A DNA stretch of 64,000 bases from Myxococcota bacterium (lineage in GTDB: Bacteria; Myxococcota_A; UBA796; CAJQPC01). The DNA lies in assembly GCA_036012755.1 (NCBI GenBank), contig DASCPX010000047.1:1-64000 (forward strand). The letters run 5' to 3'. Each line of letters opens with the position of its first letter. The first letter of the stretch is position 1. A program made the translations under genes and the position numbers. This document shows, piece by piece, positions 1-13,231 of this stretch. The notes below the pieces were generated by a model. The model saw nothing but the letters and a program-made list of their open reading frames with translations. It was not told where the DNA came from and made no database searches.

Positions 1-20
1 GGCTCGGAGGGAGGACTGGG

Positions 21-1999
<1,979 letters not shown>

Positions 2000-2042
2000 G
2001 AACAACGCTCCGTTAATTTCGGGGGTTCGAAAAGTGGGGAGA

Positions 2043-2072
2043 GCAGGTAGGCACTTCGCCCGATGGCGTCAA
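2043..2072 (-). promoter_or_regulatory. Putative groES promoter TTGACG-N17-TACCTGC
   Basis: Same two boxes recur upstream of dnaK on the other strand. Confidence 0.65.
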
Positions 2073-2098
2073 CGGAAAATGTCGGCGCAGCGGGTCCC

Positions 2099-2137
2099 AG
2101 AGAAAGAAGACCCCACCGGTTCTCACCAGCGGGGTCT
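2099..2137 (-). terminator. Rho-independent terminator-like hairpin
   Basis: Minus strand AGACCCCGCTGGT-GAGA-ACCGGTGGGGTCT (13 bp, two G-U pairs, GNRA loop) followed by TCTTTCTCT. Confidence 0.7.
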
Positions 2138-2241
2138 CTTGGTCTGGTACGAGAAACGTCTGCTGGCCAAATCCAGCAGGGCTTCCCGGGACCTCCACGA
2201 GCCAGGTCAGGGCAGGGGGAACAGGCTCGTCTTGGTCTCGG
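2099..2241 (-). ncRNA. Candidate sigma54-dependent small RNA, about 140 nt, three stem-loops
   Basis: Bounded by a sigma54 motif and a terminator; hairpins at 2197-2230, 2160-2179 and 2108-2137; no convincing ORF. Confidence 0.55.
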
Positions 2242-2250
2242 CCGGAGTAG

Positions 2251-2267
2251 TTGCAGGACGCGTGCCA
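2251..2267 (-). promoter_or_regulatory. Sigma54 (-24/-12) promoter
   Basis: TGGCACG-CGTC-CTGCA versus consensus TGGCACG-N4-TTGCW; correct GG-N10-GC spacing. Confidence 0.65.
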
Positions 2268-2369
2268 ACACCCAAGTTGCGGAAATCACGTGTGGACGCT
2301 GGGTGGAACCAGCTGATGCATGACATGTGCGTCGTGGTTGCGCGCTCCAAGCTCCGGGACCGAAAGAGA

Positions 2370-2398
2370 TTGACGCTTTCGCGAGTGGCCTTACCTGC
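2370..2398 (+). promoter_or_regulatory. Putative dnaK promoter TTGACG-N16-TACCTGC
   Basis: Twin of the groES upstream motif. Confidence 0.65.
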
Positions 2399-2457
2399 AG
2401 GGCGTCGGCGGGAACCGCCATGGGTGCCCCGCCAGAGAACGCCTTCCAGAGGAACAA

Positions 2458-4353
2458 ATGGGCAAGATCATCGGCATCGACCTTGGAACCACCAACTCCG
2501 TCGTCTCCGTCATGGAAGGCGACAGCCCCGTCGTCGTCGTGAACGACGAGGGCGCCCGCACCACGCCGTCCGTGGTCGGCTTCACCAAGGACGGGGACCG
2601 GCTCGTCGGCGTCACGGCGCGGCGCCAGGCGATCACGAACCCGACCAACACCGTCTTCTCGGTCAAGCGCTTCATGGGCCTTCGCTTCGACAACGCCCAG
2701 AGGGAGATCGACCGCGTGCCCTACAGCGTCGCCCGCGGCTCCAGCGGCGACTGCCGCATCAAGGTCGGCGACAAGCTCTACAGCGCCCCCGAGGTCTCGG
2801 CGATGGTGCTCCAGAAGCTGAAGGCCCAGGCCGAGAAGTATCTCGGTCAGCCCGTCACAGAGGCCGTCATCACGGTCCCCGCCTACTTCAACGACGCCCA
2901 GCGCCAGGCGACGAAGGACGCCGGCCAGATCGCGGGCCTCGAGGTCAAGCGCATCATCAACGAGCCCACCGCCGCTGCTCTCGCCTACGGTGTCGACAAG
3001 AAGGAAGACGAGGTCGTCGCCGTCTACGACTTCGGTGGTGGCACCTTCGACGTCAGCATCCTCGAGGTCGGCGACAACGTCGTCGAGGTCAAGTCGACCG
3101 CCGGCAACACCCACCTCGGCGGAGACGACATCGACCAGGAGCTCATCCAGTGGCTCGTCGCCGAGTTCAAGAAGGAGCACGGCATCGACGTCGCGGGCGA
3201 CAAGATGGTGCTCCAGCGCCTCAAGGACGCCGCGGAGAAGGCCAAGATCGAGCTCTCTTCGAGCCCGACCACCAACATCAACCTGCCCTTCCTCAGCGCG
3301 GACGCGACCGGCCCGAAGCACCTCATCCGCGACCTCTCCCGCGGTGAGTTCGAGCGCATGATCGACAAGATCGTCGAGGACACCCTCGGCCCCTGTCGGC
3401 AGGCCCTCAAGGACGCCGGTGTCAGCGCCAGCGAGATCGACGAGGTCATCCTCGTCGGAGGCTCCACCCGCATCCCGATGGTCCAGCAGAAGGTCATCGC
3501 GCTCTTCGGAAAGGAGCCCAACCGCAGCGTCAACCCGGACGAGGTCGTCAGCGTCGGCGCCGCCATCCAGGGCGGTGTGCTCGCCGGTGACGTCACCGAC
3601 ATGCTGCTCCTCGACGTCACTCCGCTGTCCATGGGCATCGAGACCCTCGGCGGCGTGATGACCGTGCTCATCCCCCGCAACACCACCATCCCGACGAGCA
3701 AGGGCGAGATCTTCTCCACCGCCGCGGACAACCAGACCGCCGTCGACGTCCAGGTCTTCCAAGGCGAGCGGCAGTTCGCCAGGGACAACAGCCGCCTGGG
3801 CGAGTTCCGCCTCGACGGCATCCCCGCCGCGCCTCGCGGCATGCCCCAGATCGAGGTCAGCTTCAGCCTGGACGCCAACGGCATCCTGAACGTCAAGGCC
3901 AAGGACAAGGCCACCGGCCGCGAGCAGGAGATCACCGTGACCTCCCAGGGCCTCTCCCAGGACGAGGTCGACCGCCTGGTCAAGGAGGCGGAGGCTAACG
4001 CCGCCGAGGACAGCCGCAAGAAGGACGTCGTGGAGGCTCGGAACAACCTCGACAACCTGACCTACCAGACCGAGAAGCTCCTCGGCGAGCACAAGGAGAA
4101 GCTCCCGGCCGAGCACGTCACCGCCATCGAAGCTGCGCTCGAGAAGGCCAAGGAGGCCAAGGACTCGGACGACCTCGAGACCCTCAAGGGCGCCTTCGAC
4201 GAGCTGACTTCGGCGAGCCACAAGCTGGCCGAGGTGATGTACCAGCAGGGTGGCGCCGCCGGCGGGCCGGCCCCGACGCCCGAGACCGGCAGCGACCCGA
4301 GCTCCGACGACGGCGGTGACGACGTCATCGACGCCGAGTTCGAAGAGGCCTGA
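2458..4353 (+). CDS. dnaK: Chaperone DnaK (Hsp70)
   Basis: [34 protein letters not shown]-terminal DAEFEE. Confidence 0.99.
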   Translation: MGKIIGIDLGTTNSVVSVMEGDSPVVVVNDEGARTTPSVVGFTKDGDRLVGVTARRQAITNPTNTVFSVKRFMGLRFDNAQREIDRVPYSVARGSSGDCRIKVGDKLYSAPEVSAMVLQKLKAQAEKYLGQPVTEAVITVPAYFNDAQRQATKDAGQIAGLEVKRIINEPTAAALAYGVDKKEDEVVAVYDFGGGTFDVSILEVGDNVVEVKSTAGNTHLGGDDIDQELIQWLVAEFKKEHGIDVAGDKMVLQRLKDAAEKAKIELSSSPTTNINLPFLSADATGPKHLIRDLSRGEFERMIDKIVEDTLGPCRQALKDAGVSASEIDEVILVGGSTRIPMVQQKVIALFGKEPNRSVNPDEVVSVGAAIQGGVLAGDVTDMLLLDVTPLSMGIETLGGVMTVLIPRNTTIPTSKGEIFSTAADNQTAVDVQVFQGERQFARDNSRLGEFRLDGIPAAPRGMPQIEVSFSLDANGILNVKAKDKATGREQEITVTSQGLSQDEVDRLVKEAEANAAEDSRKKDVVEARNNLDNLTYQTEKLLGEHKEKLPAEHVTAIEAALEKAKEAKDSDDLETLKGAFDELTSASHKLAEVMYQQGGAAGGPAPTPETGSDPSSDDGGDDVIDAEFEEA

Positions 4354-4418
4354 GAGCCACGAGACGTGACGGGGCCGCGTATCGCGGGTACGTGGCCCCA
4401 CGCTTTGTTGGAGCTGTG

Positions 4419-5513
4419 GTGACCAAGCGCGACTACTACGAGGTCCTTGGTGTCCAAAAGGACGCCGACGCCAAGGCGCTCAAGAAGGCCTATCGCACGC
4501 TCGCCATGCAGTTCCATCCGGACCGGAATCCGGATGATCCCCAGGCAGAGGACAAGTTCAAGGAGGCCTCGGAGGCCTACGAGGTCCTCTCCGATCCGGA
4601 AAAGCGGGGCACCTACGACCGCTTCGGCCACGCCGGACTCCAGGGGCAGGGCTACCAGCCCGGCTTCCAGGACATGTCCGACATCTTCAGCCACTTCGGC
4701 GACATCTTCGGAGACATCTTCGGCGGTCGGCGAGGCGGCGCCCGGGGGCCTCGTCGCGGTGCCGACCTGGAGCTGCGGCTTCCGATCGAGTTCATGGAGG
4801 CCGTCCAGGGGGCCGAGAGGGAGATCGAGGTCCCGCGCAGCGTGGGCTGTGAGACTTGCGCCGGAAGCGGTGCCAAGCCCGGCACCAAGCTCGTCTCCTG
4901 CCAGACCTGCGCCGGGCGCGGCGAGGTCGTCCAGCAGCAGATGTTCCTCCGCATTCGCACGACCTGTCCGGACTGCAGGGGCCAGGGCAAGCACATCGAG
5001 ACCCCTTGCGAGGAGTGCAGCGGGCGGGGCAAGGTCCGCCGCGTCGAGAAGCTCACGGTGAAGTGGCCCGGTGGGGTCGACACTGGCACGCAGATCCGCA
5101 ACCGCAGCCGGGGCGAAGCTGGCGAGCCGGGGGCGCCCGCCGGAGACCTCTACGTCACGCTCGTCGTGCAGCCCCATCCCTTCTTCAAGCGCGACGGGGC
5201 GGACATCTACTGCCAGGTCCCGATCAGCTATCCCCAGGCCTGCCTCGGGGCGGAGCTTCAGATCCCCACCGTGGCGGAGGAGGCGACGCTGAAGATCCCT
5301 CGCGGCACCCCCAGCGGCAAGGTCTTCAAGCTCTCGGGGCATGGCATCCAGCCTCACAACCGTCGAAGCCGGGGCGACCAGCACGTCCAGGTCGTCGTCG
5401 ACGTCCCGAAGAAGCTGTCGGCCGAGGAAGAGGAGATCATTCGCAAGCTGGCCGAGTTCCAGGACGGCTCGGTGGGCGAGAAGAACTGGTTTGCGGACCT
5501 CTTCAACTTCTGA
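4419..5513 (+). CDS. dnaJ: Chaperone DnaJ
   Basis: J-domain HPD, G/F region, four CxxCxGxG repeats; GTG start after GGAG. Confidence 0.97.
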   Translation: MTKRDYYEVLGVQKDADAKALKKAYRTLAMQFHPDRNPDDPQAEDKFKEASEAYEVLSDPEKRGTYDRFGHAGLQGQGYQPGFQDMSDIFSHFGDIFGDIFGGRRGGARGPRRGADLELRLPIEFMEAVQGAEREIEVPRSVGCETCAGSGAKPGTKLVSCQTCAGRGEVVQQQMFLRIRTTCPDCRGQGKHIETPCEECSGRGKVRRVEKLTVKWPGGVDTGTQIRNRSRGEAGEPGAPAGDLYVTLVVQPHPFFKRDGADIYCQVPISYPQACLGAELQIPTVAEEATLKIPRGTPSGKVFKLSGHGIQPHNRRSRGDQHVQVVVDVPKKLSAEEEEIIRKLAEFQDGSVGEKNWFADLFNF

Positions 5514-5529
5514 GGTCGGGAGAGACAGG

Positions 5530-6521
<992 letters not shown>

Positions 6522-6522
<1 letters not shown>

Positions 6523-7376
6523 TGCTGACGACGGAGGAGCTGAAGCAGATCCGGCGCATCAGCCTCCAGGCCGGCCGACGGGTCGATTCGCTCTTCGCCG
6601 GGGGCTACCGCTCGGCCTTTCGGGGGCGGGGCATGGAGTTCGAGGAGGTGCGGCCCTACGTGCCTGGAGACGACGTGCGCCACATCGACTGGAACGTCAC
6701 GGCCCGAAGCGCTGACGAAGTCTTCGTGAAGGAGTTCCACGAGGAGCGCGAGCTCACGTTGATGCTCGCGCTCGACTGCTCCGGGTCCATGGCCTTCGGG
6801 TCCGAGACCGACAAGCGCCTGCAGATGGCTCGGCTCGCCGGAGGGCTGGCATACGCGGCGATCCGGAACGACGACCGGGTCGGGCTCTGCGTCTTCACGG
6901 ATCAGATCGAGCTCTTCGTCCCCCCTCGGAAGTCCCGTGGCCATGCCTGGAGGGTGATCCGCGAGGTCTTCGAGCATCGCCCGGCGCGCGCAGGGACCGA
7001 CGTCATGGGGGCCGCCGAGCACCTCGGAAAGGTCTTGAAGCGCCGCGCGGTCGTCTGCTTCATCAGCGACTTCCTCGTCTACCAGGACACCCGGCGCGCC
7101 ATGGCTTCGTTGGCCTCCCGGCACCGGGTGCACGGCTTCGTCCTGCACGACCCGTTGGAGGCGCGGCCCCCACGTGGATCTGGTCTCGTCGAGGTCGTCG
7201 ACTCCGAGACCGGCCAGGGTCGCCTCGTCGAGCTCTCGTCCTTTCGAGGCGCCCTGGGGGTCGACGCGCGGGTCGCAATGCTGCGCCGGGCGGGCACGTA
7301 CGCATCAGCCGTGAGCACGACGCAGGACCCTTTCCGCGTGCTGTTGTCCCACTTCGAGCGAGTGGCACACCGGTGA
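6522..7376 (+). CDS. DUF58 vWA-like protein
   Basis: GMEFEEVRPYVPGDDVRHIDW, DCSGSM; follows moxR. Confidence 0.92.
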
Positions 7377-8167
7377 TCCTGCTGTTGGCATGCACCCCTA
7401 GGCTGGGCGAGCTCCGCGAAGGCCCGGTCGTCCAGACCCGGATCGAGGTGGGCGATGCCATCGTCGTCCACGTGGCCGCCCCCGGCGCGGACGGGATCGA
7501 ACTCGTCGAGCACGAGGAACTCACGGTCGATGTCCTCGAGGTCTCGGACGGCGCCTGGGATGTCACCTACAGCGGGCCGCCCGGCTCCTATGTGATCGAG
7601 GGTGTGCGCGTGCACCTCGGCGAGGAGATCGTGGAGGGGCCCCGGCACTTCGTCGATCTCGGCGTCGACGGCCCCCGCTCCGAGCTCGAGCCGCTCGCCA
7701 GCCTGGCGCCCCCGGTCGAGCGGCCCCTGTGGCCGTGGTTCCTTGGGCTGGCGCTGACCGGCTTCGTCACCGGCGCTGGCATCACGGGTTTCCTCGTCTG
7801 GAAGAACCGGGACACCAGCGAGCCACCGCCGCCGCCGGTCCCGCCGGACGTGGAGGCGCTGAAGGCGTGGGCCGCCGCGCTGACCCGGGGGCTGGACGAC
7901 CACGCCCTGGCGCTGGAGCTCTCGGCGATCTTCCGCCGCTACCTCGAGCGCATCACCGGGTTCCCCGCGACGGCGCTGACCTCGCCAGAGGTCCTCGATG
8001 TCTGCGGCCGGGTCGACGGCCTCGACCGCGACATGGCCAAGCGCCTCTTGATGGCGACCGACCTCATCAAGTTCGCGCGAGAGCAGGGCAGCCGCGAGCT
8101 CTTCGAGGAGCTCGGCCAGGGCCTCCGCGACATAGTCATCTCCACTCGACCCCCGCCCGAGCAATGA
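7373..8167 (+). CDS. Bat-operon membrane protein (DUF4381-like position)
   Basis: Single TM segment, IFRRYLE and DLIKFA motifs, operon position; coupled overlaps at both ends. Confidence 0.7.
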   Translation: MILLLACTPRLGELREGPVVQTRIEVGDAIVVHVAAPGADGIELVEHEELTVDVLEVSDGAWDVTYSGPPGSYVIEGVRVHLGEEIVEGPRHFVDLGVDGPRSELEPLASLAPPVERPLWPWFLGLALTGFVTGAGITGFLVWKNRDTSEPPPPPVPPDVEALKAWAAALTRGLDDHALALELSAIFRRYLERITGFPATALTSPEVLDVCGRVDGLDRDMAKRLLMATDLIKFAREQGSRELFEELGQGLRDIVISTRPPPEQ

Positions 8168-9156
8168 CGAGCCACTTCGAGTTCATGCACCCGTGGTTCC
8201 TCTTGCTGGCGCTCCTGCTGCCCCTGCTCGCGCTGCGGCCCTACTTCTTCGGTGGGCGCGCCCGCCTGAGGTGGTCGAACATCCACATGACCGAGGGCGG
8301 CGGGTCACTCCGAACGTCGCTCGCCAAGGTGCCAGAGGTCCTGGGTCTGGCCGGCGTCGCCCTCTTGATCGTAGCCCTGGCCCGGCCCCAGCTGACCCAC
8401 CGCGAGCGGGTCGTCGAGAGCGAGGGCATCGACATCGTCCTCGCTCTGGACACCTCGGGCTCGATGGATGCCCAGGACTTCGAGTACCACGGCCGCAAGC
8501 TGTCCCGACTGGAGCTCGCGAAGGCCGTGGTCAGCGACTTCGTCGAGGCCCGCGAGCACGACCGCATCTCGCTCGTCGTCTTTGGTGAGGAGGCCTTCAC
8601 CCAGGTCCCCCTGACCCTCGACCACCAGGCGCTCCTGCGCTTCCTGGACATGGTCCAGATCGGCATGGCCGGAGAGAACGCCACCGCGATCGGCCAGGCG
8701 ATAGCGGTCTCGACGACCCGCCTCGACACCCTGGACAACCCCACCAAGGTCGTCATCCTGCTCACCGACGGCCAGGACAACGCCAAGGGCACGATGAAGC
8801 CGCTGTTGGCTGCCGAGGCCGCGGCGGCACTCGGGGTGCGGGTCTACACCATCGGCGTCGGCTCGACCTCTGGGGGAGGGGGTGTCCTCGGCTTCTTCTC
8901 TCGACGCGGGAGCGCCGTCGACGAGTCCACCCTGGAGGCCGTCGCCGAGACGACGGGGGCGAAGTACTTCCGAGCCACCAACAGCCGCGGGCTCCAGGAG
9001 ATCTACAACACCATCGACGGCCTCGAGCGCAGCACGGCGGAGGTCAAGGAGTACGTGCATCGGGACGAGCTCTACCGCTACGCGCTGCTGTCCGGCCTCT
9101 TGCTGCTGGCACTGAGGGTGCTGTTGGACGCCACGTTGTTCCGGAGGATCCCGTGA
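8164..9156 (+). CDS. batA: BatA-like vWA membrane protein
   Basis: FMHPWFLLL N-terminus, ALARP, MIDAS DTSGS, LLTDG, YTIGVG. Confidence 0.88.
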   Translation: MTSHFEFMHPWFLLLALLLPLLALRPYFFGGRARLRWSNIHMTEGGGSLRTSLAKVPEVLGLAGVALLIVALARPQLTHRERVVESEGIDIVLALDTSGSMDAQDFEYHGRKLSRLELAKAVVSDFVEAREHDRISLVVFGEEAFTQVPLTLDHQALLRFLDMVQIGMAGENATAIGQAIAVSTTRLDTLDNPTKVVILLTDGQDNAKGTMKPLLAAEAAAALGVRVYTIGVGSTSGGGGVLGFFSRRGSAVDESTLEAVAETTGAKYFRATNSRGLQEIYNTIDGLERSTAEVKEYVHRDELYRYALLSGLLLLALRVLLDATLFRRIP

Positions 9157-10907
9157 GCTGCGCGGCTGGACAGTTCCTCCACCTCGGCTGGGCGCTGCCA
9201 GTGCTGGTGCTGTTGGCCTTCTGGGCTTCCCGTCGCCGTCGCCGCGATCTCCGCCGACTCTTCGGTGACCGCGTCGAGGTCGTCGTCACGCCGGGTCTGG
9301 AGGCTCGGCGCGCATGGTCCATCACCCTGGTGCTGATCGGTGTGGCGGCCTGTGTCTTCGCCGCTGTCCAGCCGCGCTGGGGCTTCACCTGGAGGGACCT
9401 CGAGAGCCGCGGCGTCGAGATCGTCGTCGCCATGGACCTCTCTCGCTCGATGGACGCGCAGGATGTCGATCCCAGCCGCCTCACCCGGGCGAAGCGAGAG
9501 GTCGTCGACCTCGTCCAGGAGCTCCACGGAGATCGGGTCGGCCTCGTCGTCTTTGCTGGGGGGGCCTACCCCAGGGTGCCCCTGACGGTCGACTACGACG
9601 CCCTCCTCCACATCGTCGAGTCCTGCGAGACCTCCACGCTGCTGGCCCAGGGGAGCTCTCTCGACTCGGCGATCTCGACCAGCCTCGAGCTCCTCGGCGA
9701 GGCCGGCGAGGCAGACCAGGCGATCGTCGTGCTCTCCGACGGCGAGGACCACACAGAGGGTCTCGACGAGGTCATCGCCGAAGCGAAGGCCGCCGGTGTC
9801 CGCATCTACGCCGTCGGGATCGGCACTGATCGTGGCGCCCCGGTCCCGAGGGCGGACGGTGGCTTCGTGTCCTACTCCGGAGAGGTCGTCGTCAGTCGCC
9901 TCCAGGAGGACGCGCTGCGCGAGCTCGCGGCAGGGACCGGTGGGGCCTACGTGCGCTCCTCTGCGGGGGCCTCCGACGTGAAAGGGCTCGCAGCGGACCT
10001 CCACGCCGCCCTCACCAGGCAGGCCATCGAGGTCCGCAAGGAGAAGGTCTGGGACGAGCGCTACCAGTGGCCGCTGGGCTTCGGGCTCGCGCTGATCGTG
10101 CTCGGCATGGGGCTCGGCGACGGCAGGAAGCGCTCCGCGGTGGTCCTCGCGCTGCTCCTGGTCGCGGCCCCGGCTCGAGCATCCGAGGTCGACCTGGGAC
10201 CAGCCGAGCTGCTCATGTCCCAGGGGCGCTACGACGAGGCCGTCACGGAGCTGGAGCGCCTCCAGGCCGAGGACCCGCTTGATCCGCGCGTCGCCTGGGC
10301 ACTCGCGGGGGCACGCTATGGTGCCGGGGATGCCACCGGGGCGGCCAGGGACTTCGAGGATCTCGCCGAGCGCATGCCCGAGGAGGCGGACCGAGTCGAG
10401 GCGCTCTACAACGCGGGCAACGCTCGCTACCGCGCCGGGGAGCTGGAAGATGCCGTCGGCGACTGGCAGCAGGTCTTGGCGGAGGACCCGGAGCACGAGG
10501 CCGCCCAGCACAACGCGGAGCGCGTGAGCCAGGAGATCCTGAGGCGCACGCAGGACCCTCCCGACCAGCAGCAGGGTCAGGGCGACGGCGGCGAAGGACA
10601 GCAGCAGGACGGACAGCCAGGCGGCGACACGGGCGAGAGCTCGGAGAGCTCGGAGACGGAAGGCTCGGATGGCACCAACGAGCACGAGGGACGAAAAGGC
10701 GAGGGCGAGCGTGACTCGGGGCTGGAGCAGCTCACGGAGGCGCTGCAGTCCGGCGAGCCAGGCGCGGAGTCCGAAGATCCCGGGACCCCTCGCCCCTACG
10801 GCGTCGAGGAGATGTCGGAGGAGGAGGCGCGGAGGCTGCTCGACGGGGTAGATGAGGGCACGCCGCGCGTCACTGTGCGCGGCCAGTCGTCGGGGAAGGA
10901 CTGGTGA
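9153..10907 (+). CDS. BatB-like vWA protein fused to BatC-like TPR region
   Basis: MIDAS DLSRS, PLTVDY, LSDGED, then TPR (ALYNAGNARY), Q/E-rich linker, MSEEEARRLL...KDW end. Confidence 0.85.
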   Translation: MSCAAGQFLHLGWALPVLVLLAFWASRRRRRDLRRLFGDRVEVVVTPGLEARRAWSITLVLIGVAACVFAAVQPRWGFTWRDLESRGVEIVVAMDLSRSMDAQDVDPSRLTRAKREVVDLVQELHGDRVGLVVFAGGAYPRVPLTVDYDALLHIVESCETSTLLAQGSSLDSAISTSLELLGEAGEADQAIVVLSDGEDHTEGLDEVIAEAKAAGVRIYAVGIGTDRGAPVPRADGGFVSYSGEVVVSRLQEDALRELAAGTGGAYVRSSAGASDVKGLAADLHAALTRQAIEVRKEKVWDERYQWPLGFGLALIVLGMGLGDGRKRSAVVLALLLVAAPARASEVDLGPAELLMSQGRYDEAVTELERLQAEDPLDPRVAWALAGARYGAGDATGAARDFEDLAERMPEEADRVEALYNAGNARYRAGELEDAVGDWQQVLAEDPEHEAAQHNAERVSQEILRRTQDPPDQQQGQGDGGEGQQQDGQPGGDTGESSESSETEGSDGTNEHEGRKGEGERDSGLEQLTEALQSGEPGAESEDPGTPRPYGVEEMSEEEARRLLDGVDEGTPRVTVRGQSSGKDW

Positions 10908-12526
10908 GCTTCATCGTCGCCATCGTCGCCCCCGTCAGCGCCGCCCAGGTGCTCCTGGACGCTGACAGCCAGCGTCTCCAGGTGGGCCAGAGCGTCGGCC
11001 TGCACGTGACCGTGGTCGACGGCAGCAGCAGCCGCCCGGAGCTGCCGGAGGTGGAGGGGCTCCGCTTCGTCCCCGCCGGCCAGCAGGTCGGCTTCCAGAT
11101 GCTCAACTTCAAGAACATCAAGACCGTCACCTACAGCTGGCAGCTCACAGCCGAGCAGGAGGGCAGCTTCGGCATCCCGAGCGTGCCGGTCGAGGTCGAC
11201 GGCACCACCCTCTACAGCAACCCCCTGAGGCTCAGCGTCAGCTCCCGAGAGGCCACCGAGGGCGAGGTCATCGAAGCCACGCTCTCGAGCGGTGAGTCCA
11301 CCCTCTGGGTCGGCCAGACGGTCGTGTACGACCTCCGCTTCGCGACGCCCAAGCGCATGGTCGACCGGCGATGGACACCCCCCAGCTTCGAGGGCATGGT
11401 CAGCGAGCAGGGCACCGAGCGCCGCGTCCGCGAGTACCAGGCAGCCATCGACGGCGAGCCCCACGAGATGATCGAGGTCTCCGAGCCCCTCGTCATCACG
11501 GCCGCCGGGCGTCGGAACATCGCCCCCAGCGTCTTCACGGTCCAGTACGCCCTGCGCAGCGGCCGCCAGAGCCGCGACCCGCTGGGCTTCGGAGCCTTCG
11601 TCGAGACAAAGACAGAGGTCTTCACATCAGAGGCGCTCCCGATCGACGTCCTGGAGCTCCCGGCAGAGGGCCGGATCGACGAGCTCTGGACTGGACTGGT
11701 AGGGGACTTCTCCCTGACCGCAGAGCTGAGCGAGGAGCGCGTGGCCCTGGGCGAGTCCGCGACCCTCGAGGTGGTGATCGTGGGCGACGGAAGCCTGGCC
11801 GGCTTCGAGCTGCCGGTCCTCGAGGAGCGAGATGGCTACCGCGTGTACGACGACGAGGCAGAGGTCGAAGCCGAGATCGTCGAGGGACGCTTCCTGACCA
11901 AGGGCGTCTATCGGCGCGCCATCGTGCCTGAGTCAGTCGGGCGCATCGACATCGACCCGGTGGAGCTCCAGGTCTTCGATCCGAGCGCGGGCAGCTACCG
12001 CCTGATCCGCAGCGAGCCCGCTGTCCTGGACGTCACCGAGGGCGAGGCCGTCGGTACCCTGGAGTCCTTCAGCGACGGCGAGGTCGATGCCCGCCGCGAC
12101 GTGAAGGATCTCGGCGAGGACATCCTCCCCATCAAGACGAGCCCCTCGGGTCAGAGCGGTGTCTTCTCGCCCTGGATGTTCCTGTGGTTCGGGGTCATCC
12201 CCGGTCTGGCCTTTTGCGGTGTCCTCGGAGGGAGCTGGCTTCGGTCCCGGAGCCAGCTCGTCGACCCCCGGACGGAGCTGAGGCGGCGGCTCGCCGCGCT
12301 CCCGGACGACCTCGCCGAGATCGAGGACGTCTACCGCGAGTCCCTGGCCCTCCACCTCGGCGTCTCGGCAGCGGGGATCGAGAAGAGGGACCTCGCCCAG
12401 CTCCCTGCGGGTCTCCGCGAGCGCTGCGAGTCGCTCTACACCGAGCTCGAGGCGGCACGCTACGGCGGGGCCGGGGGCGATCTGCGAGGCCGGGTCGTGC
12501 AGATCTGCGAGGAGCTGGTCCCATGA
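10904..12526 (+). CDS. batD: BatD-like protein
   Basis: Signal-like N-terminus, beta-rich repeats, GLVGDFSL, late TM segment; operon position. Confidence 0.8.
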   Translation: MSFIVAIVAPVSAAQVLLDADSQRLQVGQSVGLHVTVVDGSSSRPELPEVEGLRFVPAGQQVGFQMLNFKNIKTVTYSWQLTAEQEGSFGIPSVPVEVDGTTLYSNPLRLSVSSREATEGEVIEATLSSGESTLWVGQTVVYDLRFATPKRMVDRRWTPPSFEGMVSEQGTERRVREYQAAIDGEPHEMIEVSEPLVITAAGRRNIAPSVFTVQYALRSGRQSRDPLGFGAFVETKTEVFTSEALPIDVLELPAEGRIDELWTGLVGDFSLTAELSEERVALGESATLEVVIVGDGSLAGFELPVLEERDGYRVYDDEAEVEAEIVEGRFLTKGVYRRAIVPESVGRIDIDPVELQVFDPSAGSYRLIRSEPAVLDVTEGEAVGTLESFSDGEVDARRDVKDLGEDILPIKTSPSGQSGVFSPWMFLWFGVIPGLAFCGVLGGSWLRSRSQLVDPRTELRRRLAALPDDLAEIEDVYRESLALHLGVSAAGIEKRDLAQLPAGLRERCESLYTELEAARYGGAGGDLRGRVVQICEELVP

Positions 12527-13209
12527 TGCTGCTGTCGACTGCGCTGGCGTTGGCCGGCGACGCGAACGAGGCCTGGGCTGCTGGTGACCATGCCACCGCC
12601 CTGAGCGAGTGGGAGCACCAGATCGAAGAGGGTGATCGCTCGGGCGACCTCTACTACAACGTCGGCAACGCGCACTACCAGCTGGGCGAGCTGCCCGAGG
12701 CCATCCTCGCCTGGCGCTCGGCGCAGCTCTTGTCGCCACGCGACGGAGACATCGAAGCCAACCTCGCCAGCGTGCGAAAGCTGACCACGGACCGCATCGA
12801 GCCGGCTCCGTCCAGGAGCCCGGTGCTCTTCTGGCGGACCTCGTTGTCCGCGGCGGAGCAGGGCTGGGCCGCTTGCCTGCTGATGGCGGCGTTCTGGGCC
12901 ATCTGCGTTCTCTGGCGCTTTCGCCGAGTCTCTTTGGGCATCCCTGCGGTGCTCACGGGCGTCCCCGGTCTCCTGCTGACCGTCTCGACCCTGCAGACCC
13001 TCGGCGAGCTCGGCACCGCCGGCGTTGTGCTGGCCGAGGCAGAGGTCCGGAGCACCGCCTCCGGGGGCGTGGTGCTCTTCGAGCTGCATCCGGGGGCCGA
13101 GGTCCAGCTGGGTGACGGGCTCGGTGACAACGTGCTCGTCTCGTTGCCGGACGGTCGCAAGGGATGGATGCCGGCGGCCTCGCTGGGGGTCGTCGACCCG
13201 AGGCGTTAA
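12523..13209 (+). CDS. batE: BatE-like TPR + SH3-like protein
   Basis: LYYNVGNAHY TPR, two TM segments, LFELHPG...LPDGRKGW. Confidence 0.82.
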   Translation: MMLLSTALALAGDANEAWAAGDHATALSEWEHQIEEGDRSGDLYYNVGNAHYQLGELPEAILAWRSAQLLSPRDGDIEANLASVRKLTTDRIEPAPSRSPVLFWRTSLSAAEQGWAACLLMAAFWAICVLWRFRRVSLGIPAVLTGVPGLLLTVSTLQTLGELGTAGVVLAEAEVRSTASGGVVLFELHPGAEVQLGDGLGDNVLVSLPDGRKGWMPAASLGVVDPRR

Positions 13210-13231
13210 GCATGCGCCTCCGGAGAGCCAC

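Noticed and set aside
2013..2198. 61-aa minus-strand ORF within the sRNA candidate
   Set aside because: No RBS, atypical codon use, and it runs through the terminator and the groES promoter
2197..2230. CCAGGTCAGG resembling SRP (4.5S) RNA on the plus strand
   Set aside because: Lacks the following GGAA tetraloop and GCAGC; promoter, G-U pairing and terminator all favour the minus strand
2006..2457. CIRCE/HrcA operator
   Set aside because: No TTAGCACTC-N9-GAGTGCTAA match; only partial GCACT/GAGTG fragments
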